From an uncultured Gemmataceae bacterium (GTDB taxonomy: Bacteria; Planctomycetota; Planctomycetia; Gemmatales; Gemmataceae): a stretch of 64,000 bases of DNA. Below the pieces are notes generated by a model. The model made no database searches, was not told the origin of the DNA, and worked only from the letters and a program-made list of their open reading frames with translations. A program made the translations under genes and the position numbers. Location: the NCBI GenBank assembly GCA_963750165.1, contig CAVVPN010000012.1:288001-352000 (forward strand), given 5' to 3'. Positions 48,720 to 59,380 of this stretch are shown here, piece by piece (within the stretch, counting starts at the first letter, position 1; every line of letters starts with the position of its first letter).

Positions 48720-49643
48720 ATGGGCAGGATGCTGGACACACTGAAGCGCGCCGACTGGCCCTCCGTGGAGCCGCCGTCACCCCCCGCCGTGCTGGCCGCG
48801 GGCGGCGAGGAGACGCCCGTTGAGGAGATGCCGTTCATTGAGGTTGGCGGCTCTGGCCCGCGGGTGGAGGCGTCGCCGTCCGTGTGGATCACCAACCCCG
48901 GCCGCGTGCCAGCCGAGCCGCCGGCCGTGGCGAAGCCGGCCTTGCAGACGCCGACGCCGCGCACCGTCATGCTGACGCCGCGACCGCCGCTGAGCGTCGC
49001 ACTGCAGAGCACCCTTCCCGCCGCGCTTCCCCGGCCGCGCCTGGCTGCGGAAATCATCGCCTTCCACGAACCGGAGCACGCCGTCAGCCGGCAGTATCGA
49101 GATTTGCTCGCGGCCATCCTCGCCGAGGTCGGTGGCGACGGCCGGGCGCTGCTGTTCACCGCGCTGACGCCCGGCGCCGGCGCCAGCACGGCCGTGCTTA
49201 ACCTGGCGGTGTGCGCGGCGGCCGACCCGCGCCGCCAGGTCATCGTCGTGGACGCCAACCTGCAGCGGCCCGTCCTGGCGAAGCGCCTGGGGCTGGCCGC
49301 CGGGCCGGGACTGCAGGAAGTGCTGAGCGGCACCGCGGCGCTGGAGCAGGTCATTCAGACGACAGCACAGGAGCGCTTGCACGCTCTGGCCGCAGGTGCC
49401 GGCACGGGTCGTCAGACGCTGCTCAGCGGCGCCGCCAGCGACTGGGTGCTGCGCTGGCTGCGCGAGCGCTACGACCTGGTGCTGCTCGACGGGGCGCCGT
49501 GGCAACAGGGCGGCCCGTTGGCGGACCTGGCTGCCGGCGCAGACGCGGTGTATCTGGTGCTGGCGGAGGGGCAGGCTGAGCAACCGGCCGTGCGCGCGCG
49601 CAGCGGCGACTCGCGGAGGTCGGGGCGCGGCTGGGTGGGATGA
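48720..49643 (+). CDS. CpsD/CapB (BY-kinase-like) P-loop protein
   Basis: SRQYRDL, LFTA..PGAGAST, VVDANLQRP, YDLVLLDG; the 3' end may be frameshifted. Confidence 0.8.
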   Translation: MGRMLDTLKRADWPSVEPPSPPAVLAAGGEETPVEEMPFIEVGGSGPRVEASPSVWITNPGRVPAEPPAVAKPALQTPTPRTVMLTPRPPLSVALQSTLPAALPRPRLAAEIIAFHEPEHAVSRQYRDLLAAILAEVGGDGRALLFTALTPGAGASTAVLNLAVCAAADPRRQVIVVDANLQRPVLAKRLGLAAGPGLQEVLSGTAALEQVIQTTAQERLHALAAGAGTGRQTLLSGAASDWVLRWLRERYDLVLLDGAPWQQGGPLADLAAGADAVYLVLAEGQAEQPAVRARSGDSRRSGRGWVG

Positions 49644-49932
49644 TTGTGACAAAATGAAGCGCTCGTGGTGCAGGCGTCGCGCCTGCTGCAATCCGGCGCG
49701 GTGCAGGCGTCTCGTCTGCACCGCGCCGGATTCTTTTCGCGCGGGCCGTGGAGGCATTGGGGCGTTCAGGAGACTTTGATTGTAGCTGTTGCAGAATCCG
49801 AGGGTAGTGGCACAGTTTCCGCTTAAGGCATCTTGTAAATCGGGCCGCCGGGGTTCCTTTTCTGGAAATCCTGGGCCGTCGTGCTACAATCGCTTTTATC
49901 CACCAAGCACGGCCTGACCGGGAACGCGCCGC

Positions 49933-50703
49933 ATGAACCTCGTCCGCCTTGACCGCCTTGACCGCGACACCCTCCGCCACCACATCCGCACCGGCATGCC
50001 GGCCCTCTTGCCCGGCTTCACCCGTTCCTGGCCGGCCCACGGCAAGTGGACGCCGGAGTACCTCGCCGCGGCCTGCGACGGTCGCCCGATCCGCGTCAGC
50101 CACTATCCCGACGGCAAGCACTGCGCCGGCACCGTGCCCATGACCGTCCGCGACTACCTGGACCGGATCGTGCGCGCCGGCGGCTCCGAGCGCTATTACA
50201 TGGAGACGAACCGGCTCCGCGAACTGTCGCCGGAGTTGTACGCGGACCTGCGCTTCCCGGACTACCTGGACGAGTTGCCCGACTGCGCGGACTTCGTGTT
50301 CTTCGGCAAGGACACCGGCAGCCGCTGCCACATCCATCCGCACGCCGAGGCCGTCGTGTTGCAGTTGCTGGGCCGCAAGACGTTCCACCTGTTCCATCCG
50401 TCGGACGTGGACAACCTCTACTTCCGGCCGATTTATCAGGAGTTCTTCACCAGCCGTGTGGACTTCAGCAACCTCGACCTGCAAAAATTCCCGCTGGCGC
50501 GCAAGGTCCGGCCGATCCCGGTGGTGCTGGAGGCCGGCGACGCGCTGTACCTGCCGGTCCACTGGCCGCACTGGACGCTGGGCGACGGCGTCAACTTCAC
50601 GCTGACGCGCTTCAGCACCGCCAGCGTGCGGCAGTACCGTTTTCCGTTTCCGGGGTTGAACTGCCTGGCGGACCGGCTGGTGCGCGGCGTCCAGAGCTAC
50701 TGA
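49933..50703 (+). CDS. Cupin_8 / JmjC-like domain protein
   Basis: WPA.GKWT.EYL, FFG....S..H, QLLGRK.FHLF.P, LEAGDALYLP..W.H. Confidence 0.88.
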   Translation: MNLVRLDRLDRDTLRHHIRTGMPALLPGFTRSWPAHGKWTPEYLAAACDGRPIRVSHYPDGKHCAGTVPMTVRDYLDRIVRAGGSERYYMETNRLRELSPELYADLRFPDYLDELPDCADFVFFGKDTGSRCHIHPHAEAVVLQLLGRKTFHLFHPSDVDNLYFRPIYQEFFTSRVDFSNLDLQKFPLARKVRPIPVVLEAGDALYLPVHWPHWTLGDGVNFTLTRFSTASVRQYRFPFPGLNCLADRLVRGVQSY

Positions 50704-50801
50704 CCTGGCTTCGACGAAACCTGGGAATAAACTTGGAGGAGTTGGGTCATTCATACACCCAATATCTCGGGACCGGTTGAACGTGAGCATTTTTTGAGGA
50801 G

Positions 50802-51314
50802 ATGTGGATGAAGCGCTTTGGCGTGGCGTTGCTACCGCTGACGGCCCTGCTTTTCGCCTTCGGCTGCCAGCAGGGGGACAAGGACAAGAAGGACAAGGAG
50901 CAGCCGGCCGCGAAGGCCGACATCGACCTCATTCAGGGCACCTGGAAGGTGGTGTCGGCGGAACTGAACGGTGAAACGGTACCGGCCGACAAGAAGGATC
51001 AAACCATCGTCATCAGCAGCAAAGACTTCACCTGGAAGTCCGATGGGAAGGAGAGCCCGCTGAAGCCGCCGTCGCCCTACAAACTGTACTCCGCGAAGTC
51101 TCCGAAGGAAATCGACCTCGAAGTGGCCACCAAGCATAACATCCAGGACAAGAAAATCAGCCACGACACCCATACCCAAAAGGGCCTGTACGAACTGGAT
51201 GGTGATTCGCTGAAGATCTGCATGCCGATGGACGAGGGCGCTCAGCGCCCCACCGAGTTCACCGCCAAGAAGGATTCCAAACAACTGGTTTGGGTGCTCA
51301 AGCGCGCGAGCTGA
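50802..51314 (+). CDS. TIGR03067-domain lipoprotein
   Basis: Lipobox AFGC; IQGTWKVVS, PKEIDL, GLYELDGDSLKIC, RPTEF. Confidence 0.9.
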   Translation: MWMKRFGVALLPLTALLFAFGCQQGDKDKKDKEQPAAKADIDLIQGTWKVVSAELNGETVPADKKDQTIVISSKDFTWKSDGKESPLKPPSPYKLYSAKSPKEIDLEVATKHNIQDKKISHDTHTQKGLYELDGDSLKICMPMDEGAQRPTEFTAKKDSKQLVWVLKRAS

Positions 51315-51462
51315 CCCGAAGCACCGGCGTCGCACCAGCCGATCGGCGGCCCCGCACCGGGCCGCCGATCGCTTTTCGCCTACTTGCGTCCGGCCCACGC
51401 TGCGGGTACAACAGAGTCGTTCCCCCCCGACTCTCCCACCCGTTTCGCGAAAGGGCACGCGC

Positions 51463-52902
51463 ATGGCCAAAATGTCCCGCCGTCGTTTCCTCAAAGGTTC
51501 CCTCGCCGCCGCCGCGTCGATCACCATCGCCGGCACCAAGTCGTCCGGCCGCGTCCTCGGCGCCAACGAAGTCCTCCGCATCGGCGTCGCCGGCCTGCAC
51601 GGCCGCGGCGGCGCCCACGTCAACGCCTTCTCCGGTATGCGGGACGTGCAGGTGACGTACCTCATCGACCCGGACACGCGCACCTTCGGCGGCCGCGCCA
51701 AAACCGTGCAGAAGAACGGCGGCAACGTGCCGCGCACCGTTCAGGACGTGCGCACCGCCCTGGAGGATCGCAACCTCGACGCCATCTCCATCGCAACGCC
51801 GAACCACTGGCACGCACTGATGACCATCTGGGCCTGCCAGGCCGGCAAGCACGTCTACGTCGAGAAGCCGTGCAGCCACAACGTCCACGAGGGCCGCGTC
51901 GCCGTGGAGACGGCCCGGCGGCACAACGTCATCGTGCAGCACGGCACGCAGAGCCGCAGCGGCGGCAACTGGGCGCAGGTGATCGCGGTCGTCCGCTCCG
52001 GCAAACTCGGCCGATTGCTCGTGTCCCGTGCCCTGTGCTACAAGCCGCGCGGCACCATCGGCGTGCGGCCCAACGGTCAGCCGCCCAAGGAGGTCAATTT
52101 CGACCTCTGGCTCGGGCCGGCACAGACACGGCCGTTCCACGCCAATTTGGTGCATTACAACTGGCACTGGTTCTGGGATTTCGGCAACGGCGACATCGGC
52201 AACCAGGGCGTTCACCAGATGGACATCGCCCGCTGGGGCATCGCCAACGCCACCCTGCCGCGCAGCGTCATCAGCGTCGGCGGCCGCTTCGGCTACACCG
52301 ACCAGGGCGAGACGCCCAACACGCAGATATCCATCTTCGACTTTGGCGCAACGCAGCTGATCTTTGAGGTGCGCGGCCTGCGCACGGAGCGCTACCGCGG
52401 CCAGATGATCGGCAATCTGTTCCATCTGGAAGGCGGCACCATCGCCGGCAATCAGTTCTTCCCGAAGGAGGGCGGCAAACCGGTGGCGTTGCCGAAGGTG
52501 GCGCCGCTGCCGCGCGGCCCGGGCGGCGGCGATCACTTCGCCAACTTCATCGCCGCGGTGCGCAGCCGGCGGGTGCAGAACCTCAACGCGGACATCCTGG
52601 AGGGGCACTTCTCCGCCGCCCTGTGCCACCTGGCGAACGTGTCGTACCGCCTCGGCGAGAACACGACGTTCAACCCACGCACCAAGGCGTTCGGCGACAA
52701 CAAGCAGGCGTATGAGACGCTGGCGCGGATGGAGTCGCACCTGACCGGCAACGGCCTGAAACTGGATGGGCTGCGCTACCGCGTCGGCCGCCGGCTGACC
52801 ATCGACCCGAAGACGGAGCGCGTCTCGAACGATGCCCAGGCCAACGCGCTGCTGACGCGGCAGTATCGCAAGCCGTTCATCGTGCCGGAGCGGGCGGGGT
52901 GA
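51463..52902 (+). CDS. Tat-exported Gfo/Idh/MocA oxidoreductase
   Basis: SRRRFLK, IATPNHWH, HVYVEKP, DLWLGPA, GNQGVHQMD. Confidence 0.94.
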   Translation: MAKMSRRRFLKGSLAAAASITIAGTKSSGRVLGANEVLRIGVAGLHGRGGAHVNAFSGMRDVQVTYLIDPDTRTFGGRAKTVQKNGGNVPRTVQDVRTALEDRNLDAISIATPNHWHALMTIWACQAGKHVYVEKPCSHNVHEGRVAVETARRHNVIVQHGTQSRSGGNWAQVIAVVRSGKLGRLLVSRALCYKPRGTIGVRPNGQPPKEVNFDLWLGPAQTRPFHANLVHYNWHWFWDFGNGDIGNQGVHQMDIARWGIANATLPRSVISVGGRFGYTDQGETPNTQISIFDFGATQLIFEVRGLRTERYRGQMIGNLFHLEGGTIAGNQFFPKEGGKPVALPKVAPLPRGPGGGDHFANFIAAVRSRRVQNLNADILEGHFSAALCHLANVSYRLGENTTFNPRTKAFGDNKQAYETLARMESHLTGNGLKLDGLRYRVGRRLTIDPKTERVSNDAQANALLTRQYRKPFIVPERAG

Positions 52903-52913
52903 GAAATGCAGAA

Positions 52914-52950
52914 CCCGAGCGCCAGCGCGGGCCCCGCGCTGGCGCTCGGG
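52914..52950. terminator. GC-rich palindrome between convergent genes
   Basis: cccgagcgccagcgcggg-c-cccgcgctggcgctcggg. Confidence 0.65.
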
Positions 52951-52971
52951 CTCCGAAATCGGGCTCAGCAA

Positions 52972-53781
52972 TCAGTCCACCGTCAGCACTCGGAGCGGGA
53001 ACGACGTTTTCGCGGTCTTGCCGCAGATTTCGCAGGTCGCGGACACCTCGATGGTGTAGCGGCCGACGCGGTTGAGCGTGATCGGGAACTGCGCCGGGAT
53101 CACCTTCAGGTCGGGCGGCACGTCCTCTCTCGCCTTGCCGGGGATCGGCCTCGGCATCGTGTCCTTGCCGTTCTCGTCCAGGATGCGCATGCGCAGGCTG
53201 ACGTTCGGCAGTTTCTGGCCGGTCTTCTCGCGGGCGAACCCGGCCACCGAGACGTTGAGGTACAGCGACTCGCCCACCGTCGCCACCGGGGAGATTGGCA
53301 GGCGGCCCTCCGGATCCAGCGACGTGCCGACCATCACCAGGCCAAAGTTGGCCGGCAGCACCTGCACCTGCTGCTTGATGGACTGGCGGGCCTTCGTCGC
53401 CTTGTCCTCCACGGTCACCGTGAGGGTGTAGGTGCCGGGCGGGAAGTCCGGCGGGATGTACTGCGTGGCAATCGCGGACACGGAGTTGCCGCCCAGGTAA
53501 TTCCGGCTCGGGGCGGTGCGCGGCGGTTGCTTGTACAGCGACTTGCCGGCGGCGTCCGTCAACTCCATGCTGACCGCGAACGTCGCCGTGCCGTCCTTGT
53601 CGAAGGAGATGTTCTTCAGGTCGTAGGCCAGGATGATCAGATCGCCCGGCAGGTATTTGGCGTCGGCGCGCTTCGGGCCGAAGAAGCCGAAGGTCAGGCG
53701 CTGGTTGGCGATCGTCAGCGTTTGCCCCTGCGCCAGCGCCGGCCAGGCGGCCAGCACCAGCAGGGCTACCGTCTTCCACAT
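52972..53781 (-). CDS. Secreted beta-rich hypothetical protein
   Basis: Signal peptide ending ALA-Q; two Ig-like halves. Confidence 0.8.
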   Translation of the reverse strand: MWKTVALLVLAAWPALAQGQTLTIANQRLTFGFFGPKRADAKYLPGDLIILAYDLKNISFDKDGTATFAVSMELTDAAGKSLYKQPPRTAPSRNYLGGNSVSAIATQYIPPDFPPGTYTLTVTVEDKATKARQSIKQQVQVLPANFGLVMVGTSLDPEGRLPISPVATVGESLYLNVSVAGFAREKTGQKLPNVSLRMRILDENGKDTMPRPIPGKAREDVPPDLKVIPAQFPITLNRVGRYTIEVSATCEICGKTAKTSFPLRVLTVD

Positions 53782-53808
53782 GGGTGGTTCGTCCTTCTGA
53801 GTTGAAGC

Positions 53809-54885
53809 TTACGGGTTCTTGCCATAGTTCCGTTCCGCGACGGTCGAGCCCACGCGCAGGCGGAACGACGCCTGCGCGCCGCCGTGCGACGCCGTGGCAT
53901 ACTGCTGTAAGGCGCTTTGCAGCGCGAAGTACGCATCCTCGTTGCCCGGCTGCGCCGGCGCGAACTTCAGGCCCCTCGTTGTCATGTTCAGCACCAGTTC
54001 ATCGACGGTGTTCCCACGGGCCGCGTAGGTGCCGTTGAAGTACTTGGAGGCGTTCGGTGACTTCAGCAGCGCCACTGAGCCGTTCAGGCTGTCAATGAAG
54101 CGCTTGCCCTCCAGGAACGCCGAGCCGTCGATCTCCTCCTTGTGGAACTGCGTGCGCAGATCCTCGAAGATGGTGTTGATCTTGCCGGTGATCTGGTTGT
54201 ACAACTTCGGCGTCATTTTATTCTGCGCTGCCAGGTTCACGGCCTGTTGCAGCAACGGGTCGAGTTCCTCTTGCATCGAACCGCGCAGCGGGAATGGCCA
54301 GGTGACCTTGCCGCCATCCTTGAGGACACCGGCGCCGGCGGTCGCGATGCCGGAGCTGACGTTGATCTGCTTGAGCAGTTCCTGATCCAGGGGCACCGGC
54401 GGCCCGCCTGAGTGGCTGTTCTGCGCCACCTGGCTGAGGAACGGCAGCAGTGTGTTGAAGGCGCTGCCGCTGGTCACCTCGGCCGGCAGCGGGTTGTTGA
54501 TGAGGCGGCGTATCTTTAGCGCCTCGTTCTTTTCCAGCTTCTCGGTGAAGCTCTCGGTGTTCTCGCGCTCGTACTTCATCTCGTCGAAGGTCTGGCGCTT
54601 GGTGACGAGCTTGGCCTGCTCGGCCTGTTCGCGCATAATGCGGGCCTGTTCGGACTGCAGGCCAAGGTTGCCGTAGGCGTCCATGACCGTGGCCTGGCCC
54701 TGCAAGGCGTTGCCATAGCCGGTCAGGTAGCCGTAGCCGCGGCCGTAGATGCCGTTGGGGTAGCGGCCGCCGTAGATGCCAGGGTTGCCGTAGCCGTACT
54801 GAGCGCGGGCACCGGCGGCGGTCCCGCCGAGCAGCAGCAGGGCCGCGACACAGCACAACGGCCAGCGAGAGGGCAAGCGAGTCAT
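53809..54885 (-). CDS. Secreted hypothetical protein with a Gly/Tyr-rich N-terminus
   Basis: Signal peptide ending ARA-Q; GAGG RBS before MTRLP. Confidence 0.8.
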   Translation of the reverse strand: MTRLPSRWPLCCVAALLLLGGTAAGARAQYGYGNPGIYGGRYPNGIYGRGYGYLTGYGNALQGQATVMDAYGNLGLQSEQARIMREQAEQAKLVTKRQTFDEMKYERENTESFTEKLEKNEALKIRRLINNPLPAEVTSGSAFNTLLPFLSQVAQNSHSGGPPVPLDQELLKQINVSSGIATAGAGVLKDGGKVTWPFPLRGSMQEELDPLLQQAVNLAAQNKMTPKLYNQITGKINTIFEDLRTQFHKEEIDGSAFLEGKRFIDSLNGSVALLKSPNASKYFNGTYAARGNTVDELVLNMTTRGLKFAPAQPGNEDAYFALQSALQQYATASHGGAQASFRLRVGSTVAERNYGKNP

Positions 54886-54898
54886 GAGCACCTCGTGG

Positions 54899-55018
54899 TT
54901 AGTCATTAGTCATTAGTCATTAGTCATTAGTCATTAGTCATTAGTTGTAGATAGATGGTTGCCAGGCGCTCAAACTCAACTGGGTCCAACTAATGACTAA
55001 TGACTAATGACTAATGAC
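54899..55018. repeat. Inverted heptamer tandem arrays (TTAGTCA)n / (TAATGAC)n
   Basis: About 6.5 copies at 54899-54945 and about 4 inverted copies at 54989-55018. Confidence 0.9.
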
Positions 55019-55025
55019 TCTTTGG

Positions 55026-56347
55026 TTATTTCTTCTCCGATGTCCTGGCTTCGGGCCGCGGCGGCAGCTGCCCCGCGGGGATCAGCGCCCGCCATTGCTC
55101 GACAGCTTTCTGCCGCTGCGCCTCCGGAGCCGCGGCGTCGTAACCGATCTTCTTGCCCGCCGGCGCCAACCGCACCAGATGCCAGCGCGCCACCTCGCGC
55201 ACCGCCACCTTGCTGTGCTCCAGCAGTTTGATCAGCACCTCGTACGTCGCCGGCTCGCGGCGCTGCTGGTCGGTCGGCCCGTACAGCAAATGGATCAGCG
55301 TCTTGGCCTGCACGGGCGTGTACTTGCGCTCCTTCATGAGCGTGGCGAACACCTTTTCCGTCTGGCCGGGCTCGTGGCCCATCCAGTTGCGCAACACCGT
55401 GACGGTGTAGTCGCGCAGGTCGGCATTCTTCGGGTCGGACAGGCAGGCTGAGCACATTCGGCAGGTCGTCGAGGGCGGCGTACACCACCGCGGCCGCCCG
55501 GGCTTCCTTCTCCCTGGGGCTGGCGCGATACTCCTTCAATAACTTGTCGATCGGCTCCTTGTTCAGCCGGGCGGCGCGGGCGCAGACATCCTTGTAATAT
55601 TTCTCCTCCTCCGGCCCGCTCGGCAGGATGGAGGGGAGCAACTTCTCCAGGTGTCTGATCGTGATTTTGTTGGCGACGTTGTCCCAGCTGACGAAGGCAG
55701 GCCCCGGCGGCGCCCTCAGCGGATAGTCAATGCCCTCGTGCCGCAACAGGGCCTCGCCTTCGCGGACGCTCACCACCAGGTCGATCGTCGGCTGATCCTT
55801 GCACGTGACCTTGCCGGCCCTGTCCACGGCGACGGTCGGGGCGCCCGGCGGGTGCCGGCCGAACACCTCCAGGCCCACGGTCGTGCCGGGCTTTTGCAGT
55901 ACCAGGTCGAACGTCTTGCCCGCGACATGCACGCGCACCATCGCGGGGCCCTTGCGCGCAGGTTGCGCACGCCGAAGGCGCCGCGCTCCTGGGTCACGTC
56001 CAGGTCGAACTTGAGGTTATCGTGGATCTTGACGGCCGACTCGAAGACGGGGAACGGGCCGCGCTTGCCGAGGTCGGCCACCATTTTCATCAGGACGTGG
56101 CCGTTCCTGGAAACGATCTCGGCGTCTGGCAGCGCCACCAGCAGCGCGTTGGTGGGCACGCCATCGCCGGCCTTCAGTGGCTGCCAGGCGCTGCCCGGTT
56201 TGTGGCTGAGCAGGGCGCCGTCCACTTTCAGAATTTTGGCGACCGCCGGGCCGCCCTGGGCGCGGCCGGCGCGGTCAGCGCCACCGGCAGCACCGCCAGC
56301 AGCACCGCGGCCAGGCGGGCTGAATGCAATCGGGTGCGGTGAAACAT
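55026..56347 (-). CDS. Secreted hypothetical protein (beta N-terminus, HEAT-like C-terminus), split by about three indels
   Basis: Signal peptide from 56347; consecutive coding-like pieces in ORFs 55770-56690, 54997-55941 and 55026-55457. Confidence 0.65.
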
Positions 56348-56458
56348 GCGGTATCCCTTTGCTCCGTGATCGGGCGCCAGCGAACGCTGGCGTAGGTTTG
56401 TTATAGCGGTATCGGTGGCGAATTACCAGTAATTCCCGATTGCCGTAATGCAGGCGGG

Positions 56459-57769
56459 TCACGGATACAATCCGCGCCGCCGTTTCTCGTTGGCGATCTT
56501 CTGCACGCCCAGCACCAGCGCCGCCGTGCGCATCCGCAGTTTGCGGCTCAGCGCCAGCGAGCGCACCTGGTGGAAGGCGTTCAACATCAAGTCCTCCAGT
56601 TTGCGGTTGACCTGCTGCTGGCTCCACATCAGCTGCTGGATGTCTTGCACCCACTCGAAGTACGACACCGTGACGCCGCCGGCGTTGCACAGCACGTCCG
56701 GGATGATGAAGATGTCGCTGCCGTCGAGAATCTTGTCCGCATCCGGCGTGGTCGGACCGTTGGCGCCCTCAGCGAGGATGCGGCAGCGCAGTTTGCCTGC
56801 GTTCGTCCCGGTGATGACGCGCTCCAGCGCCGCCGGCACCAGAATGGTACACGGCAGTGTCAACAGGTCGTCACTGCTGATCCGCTCCGCGCCGGGGAAG
56901 TCCGGCAGCCGCTTGCCGCCCGCGCAGTGCTTGAGCAGGGCCGGGATGTCGATGCCCCTGGGGTTGTGGATGGAACCGTAGCGGTCGCCGATCCCGATCA
57001 CCTTGACGCCGCGCTGGTGCAGCTCGTCGCAGACCACCGAACCGACGTTGCCGAAGCCCTGCACCACCGCGGTCGCTTCCGGCGACTTCAGGTTCAGCTC
57101 CTGCAGCGCCTGCACGATGCAGTAGGTGACGCCGCGACCGGTGGCCTCCCGGCGGCCGACGCAGCCGCCCAGTTCGACCGGCTTGCCGGTCACGATCTCG
57201 GCACAGGCATAGCCGACGCTCATGGAGTACGTGTCCATGATCCACGCCATCGTCTGCTCATCGGTGCCCAGGTCCGGAGCCATCACGTCCATGCGCGGGC
57301 CGATGACCGGTAGCACCTCCACGGTGAAGCGCCGCGTCAACTGTTCCAGTTCGCGGCGCGATAGCTGGGCGGGGTCGCAAGCGATGCCGCCCTTGGCGCC
57401 GCCGAACGGCAGGTTCATCAGGCCGCACTTCCACGACATCCACATGGCCAGGGCCGTCACCTCGCCCAGATCGACGCTGGGGTGGTAGCGCAGACCGCCC
57501 TTGCTCGGCCCGCTGGTCAGGCTGTGCTGCACGCGGAAGCCGATGAAACTCTGCGTGTGGCCGTTGTCCATCTCGATGGGGACACTGACGACAATGGCCC
57601 GCTTGGGCTTGCTCAGGCGCTCGTACAGGCCCTGTTCCAGCTCGATGACCTCGGCGACCGATTCGAGCTGCCGGAGGGCCATTTGAAAGGTGGGGGCGTT
57701 ATCGAAGACCGGGATGGGCGAGACCACGCGGTCGTTGCTGCCGTGGAGAGCGACGGCGGGGCTGGACAT
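56459..57769 (-). CDS. Glu/Leu/Phe/Val dehydrogenase (glutamate dehydrogenase type)
   Basis: GPSKGGLRYHP, PFGGAKGG, TGKP, QGFGNVG, EGANGP, NAGGVTVSYFEW. Confidence 0.95.
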   Translation of the reverse strand: MSSPAVALHGSNDRVVSPIPVFDNAPTFQMALRQLESVAEVIELEQGLYERLSKPKRAIVVSVPIEMDNGHTQSFIGFRVQHSLTSGPSKGGLRYHPSVDLGEVTALAMWMSWKCGLMNLPFGGAKGGIACDPAQLSRRELEQLTRRFTVEVLPVIGPRMDVMAPDLGTDEQTMAWIMDTYSMSVGYACAEIVTGKPVELGGCVGRREATGRGVTYCIVQALQELNLKSPEATAVVQGFGNVGSVVCDELHQRGVKVIGIGDRYGSIHNPRGIDIPALLKHCAGGKRLPDFPGAERISSDDLLTLPCTILVPAALERVITGTNAGKLRCRILAEGANGPTTPDADKILDGSDIFIIPDVLCNAGGVTVSYFEWVQDIQQLMWSQQQVNRKLEDLMLNAFHQVRSLALSRKLRMRTAALVLGVQKIANEKRRRGLYP

Positions 57770-57891
57770 GCGGACCTCCTTTACGGGGTTGTCTTCGCTA
57801 CGATGACGGAGCCGGCGTCCACGCCGGTAGGGTCATCATTAGGTATTGTGATACCGCCCGGCCACGGGCCGGCGGGCGGAGGGCTGCGGTT

Positions 57892-58722
57892 GTGGCTACT
57901 CTCATTCTAGGGTGCGGTTACCTGGGCCGGCGGGCGGCGGTGCGCTGGCGGGAACTGGGTCAGCACGTGTTCGCCACGACCCGCAGCGTCGCCCACGCGG
58001 AGGAGCTGCGGCAGCTGGGGGTGGAGCCGATCATCGCGGACGTGCTGGACCCCGGCAGCTCAGGGCAATTCCCCGGGTTTATGGTGGACGTGGTGCTGTA
58101 TGCGGTGGGCTTCGACCGGGGTGCCTTTGGGAGCATGCGTGCGGTACACATCCAGGGCCTGGCAAACATGCTGGACCGCCTGTCGTGGGGGCGGTTCCTG
58201 TACGTCAGTAGCACGGGCGTCTATGGCCAGACGGGCGGCGAGGACGTGGAAGAGATCGCAGCGACGGAGCCGCTGGAGGAGTCTGGGAAGGTCGTGCTGG
58301 AGGCGGAGCAGTTGCTCATGCGACGGCGGCCGGACGCGGTGCGGCTGCGCTTCGCGGGCATGTACGGGCCGGGACGGCTGCTGCGGCGACAGGCGTTGCT
58401 GGCGGGCGAGCCCATCGCAGCCGACCCGGAGAAGTGGCTGAACCTGATCCATATCGACGACGGCGTGACGGCAGTGCTGGCGGCGGCGGAGCGAGCGCGG
58501 CCGGGGGAAGTTTACAACGTCGCGGACGACCGGCCGGCACGGCGGCATGAGTTTTACACGCGGTTGGCGGAGTTGCTGGGGGCGCCGCCGCCGCGCTTCG
58601 TGGCGCCGACGCCCGGGATGGAAGCCGCCAACCGCCGGGTCGTCAACCGACGGATGCGGCGGGAGTTGGGCGTGGAGTTACGGTATCCGAGTTTTGTGGA
58701 AGGGCTGCCGGCGGCGGTGTGA
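57892..58722 (+). CDS. NAD-dependent epimerase / atypical SDR (YeeZ-like)
   Basis: LILGCGYLG, YVSSTGVYG, LRFAGMYGPGR, NLIHIDD. Confidence 0.92.
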   Translation: MATLILGCGYLGRRAAVRWRELGQHVFATTRSVAHAEELRQLGVEPIIADVLDPGSSGQFPGFMVDVVLYAVGFDRGAFGSMRAVHIQGLANMLDRLSWGRFLYVSSTGVYGQTGGEDVEEIAATEPLEESGKVVLEAEQLLMRRRPDAVRLRFAGMYGPGRLLRRQALLAGEPIAADPEKWLNLIHIDDGVTAVLAAAERARPGEVYNVADDRPARRHEFYTRLAELLGAPPPRFVAPTPGMEAANRRVVNRRMRRELGVELRYPSFVEGLPAAV

Positions 58723-58963
58723 GCTTCCGGGACCGACGAGCGGGGGCGTCACCGCCTGTTAGCGGCAGGAACCGAGCCACCTGGTTCGGAACCGCCAGAA
58801 TACCATCGGGGTCGGTCTGTCGCTGGCACGGCACCAGTTGTGCGAAAGTTCAGAGAACCCAAGCCAGCGAACAACCCAGTTCACGTGCGGGCCAAGTAAC
58901 CTGGGCGCGTCCGATTGACCTCAGATGGCCCGTCACGTGCAACGGCTGGTTCGGGCCGGTATT

Positions 58964-59134
58964 TCAAAACGACTCCCGACCCTTTTTCTTATTTTCCATA
59001 GGCCCACCCGCCACACTGTTTCGTTTCGCTGACCGCTCACCGTTACCCTTGTTCCCATCATGGCGAGAGTTCGCGCAGGATGCCAAGCACCCAACCAAGA
59101 CTACACCAATTAAGCCTCCCACCAGACTCCGCAT
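58964..59134 (-). CDS. Cassette ORF: short lipoprotein, probably truncated by a REP
   Basis: Lipobox LASC; starts just after the GTT of attC 59151; ends within the aaaggggtcgggagtc-type repeat. Confidence 0.45.
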   Translation of the reverse strand: MRSLVGGLIGVVLVGCLASCANSRHDGNKGNGERSAKRNSVAGGPMENKKKGRESF

Positions 59135-59150
59135 AGTTGAAATCCGTTTG

Positions 59151-59245
59151 TCCGAACGCCAAAGCTCAGCCGCGGCGGCCCCACCGAGCTGACACTTGTG
59201 CAAGCCAAAAAAGAGGCCGCCGTCGGCTGCAGCAGTTGGTTCGGC
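59151..59245 (-). other. attC-like site
   Basis: GCCGAAC-CAACT-GCTGCAGC-CGAC...GCTGAGC-TTTGGC-GTTCGGA. Confidence 0.85.
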
Positions 59246-59380
59246 ACGCCGCCGAGGCTTGCCGCTGTGCCAGATCAAACGGTTCCTGACACCTTTAACG
59301 GCATCCTTTAACGGCATGGATGCCGCCCGGCTTGGCTGGACCGGGTCGGAGTGCCGACCCTGCCGCGCAGCCGTCGCCCG

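Noticed and set aside
54899..55018. CRISPR array
   Set aside because: Pure 7-bp tandem repeats with no spacers, and no cas genes in the window.
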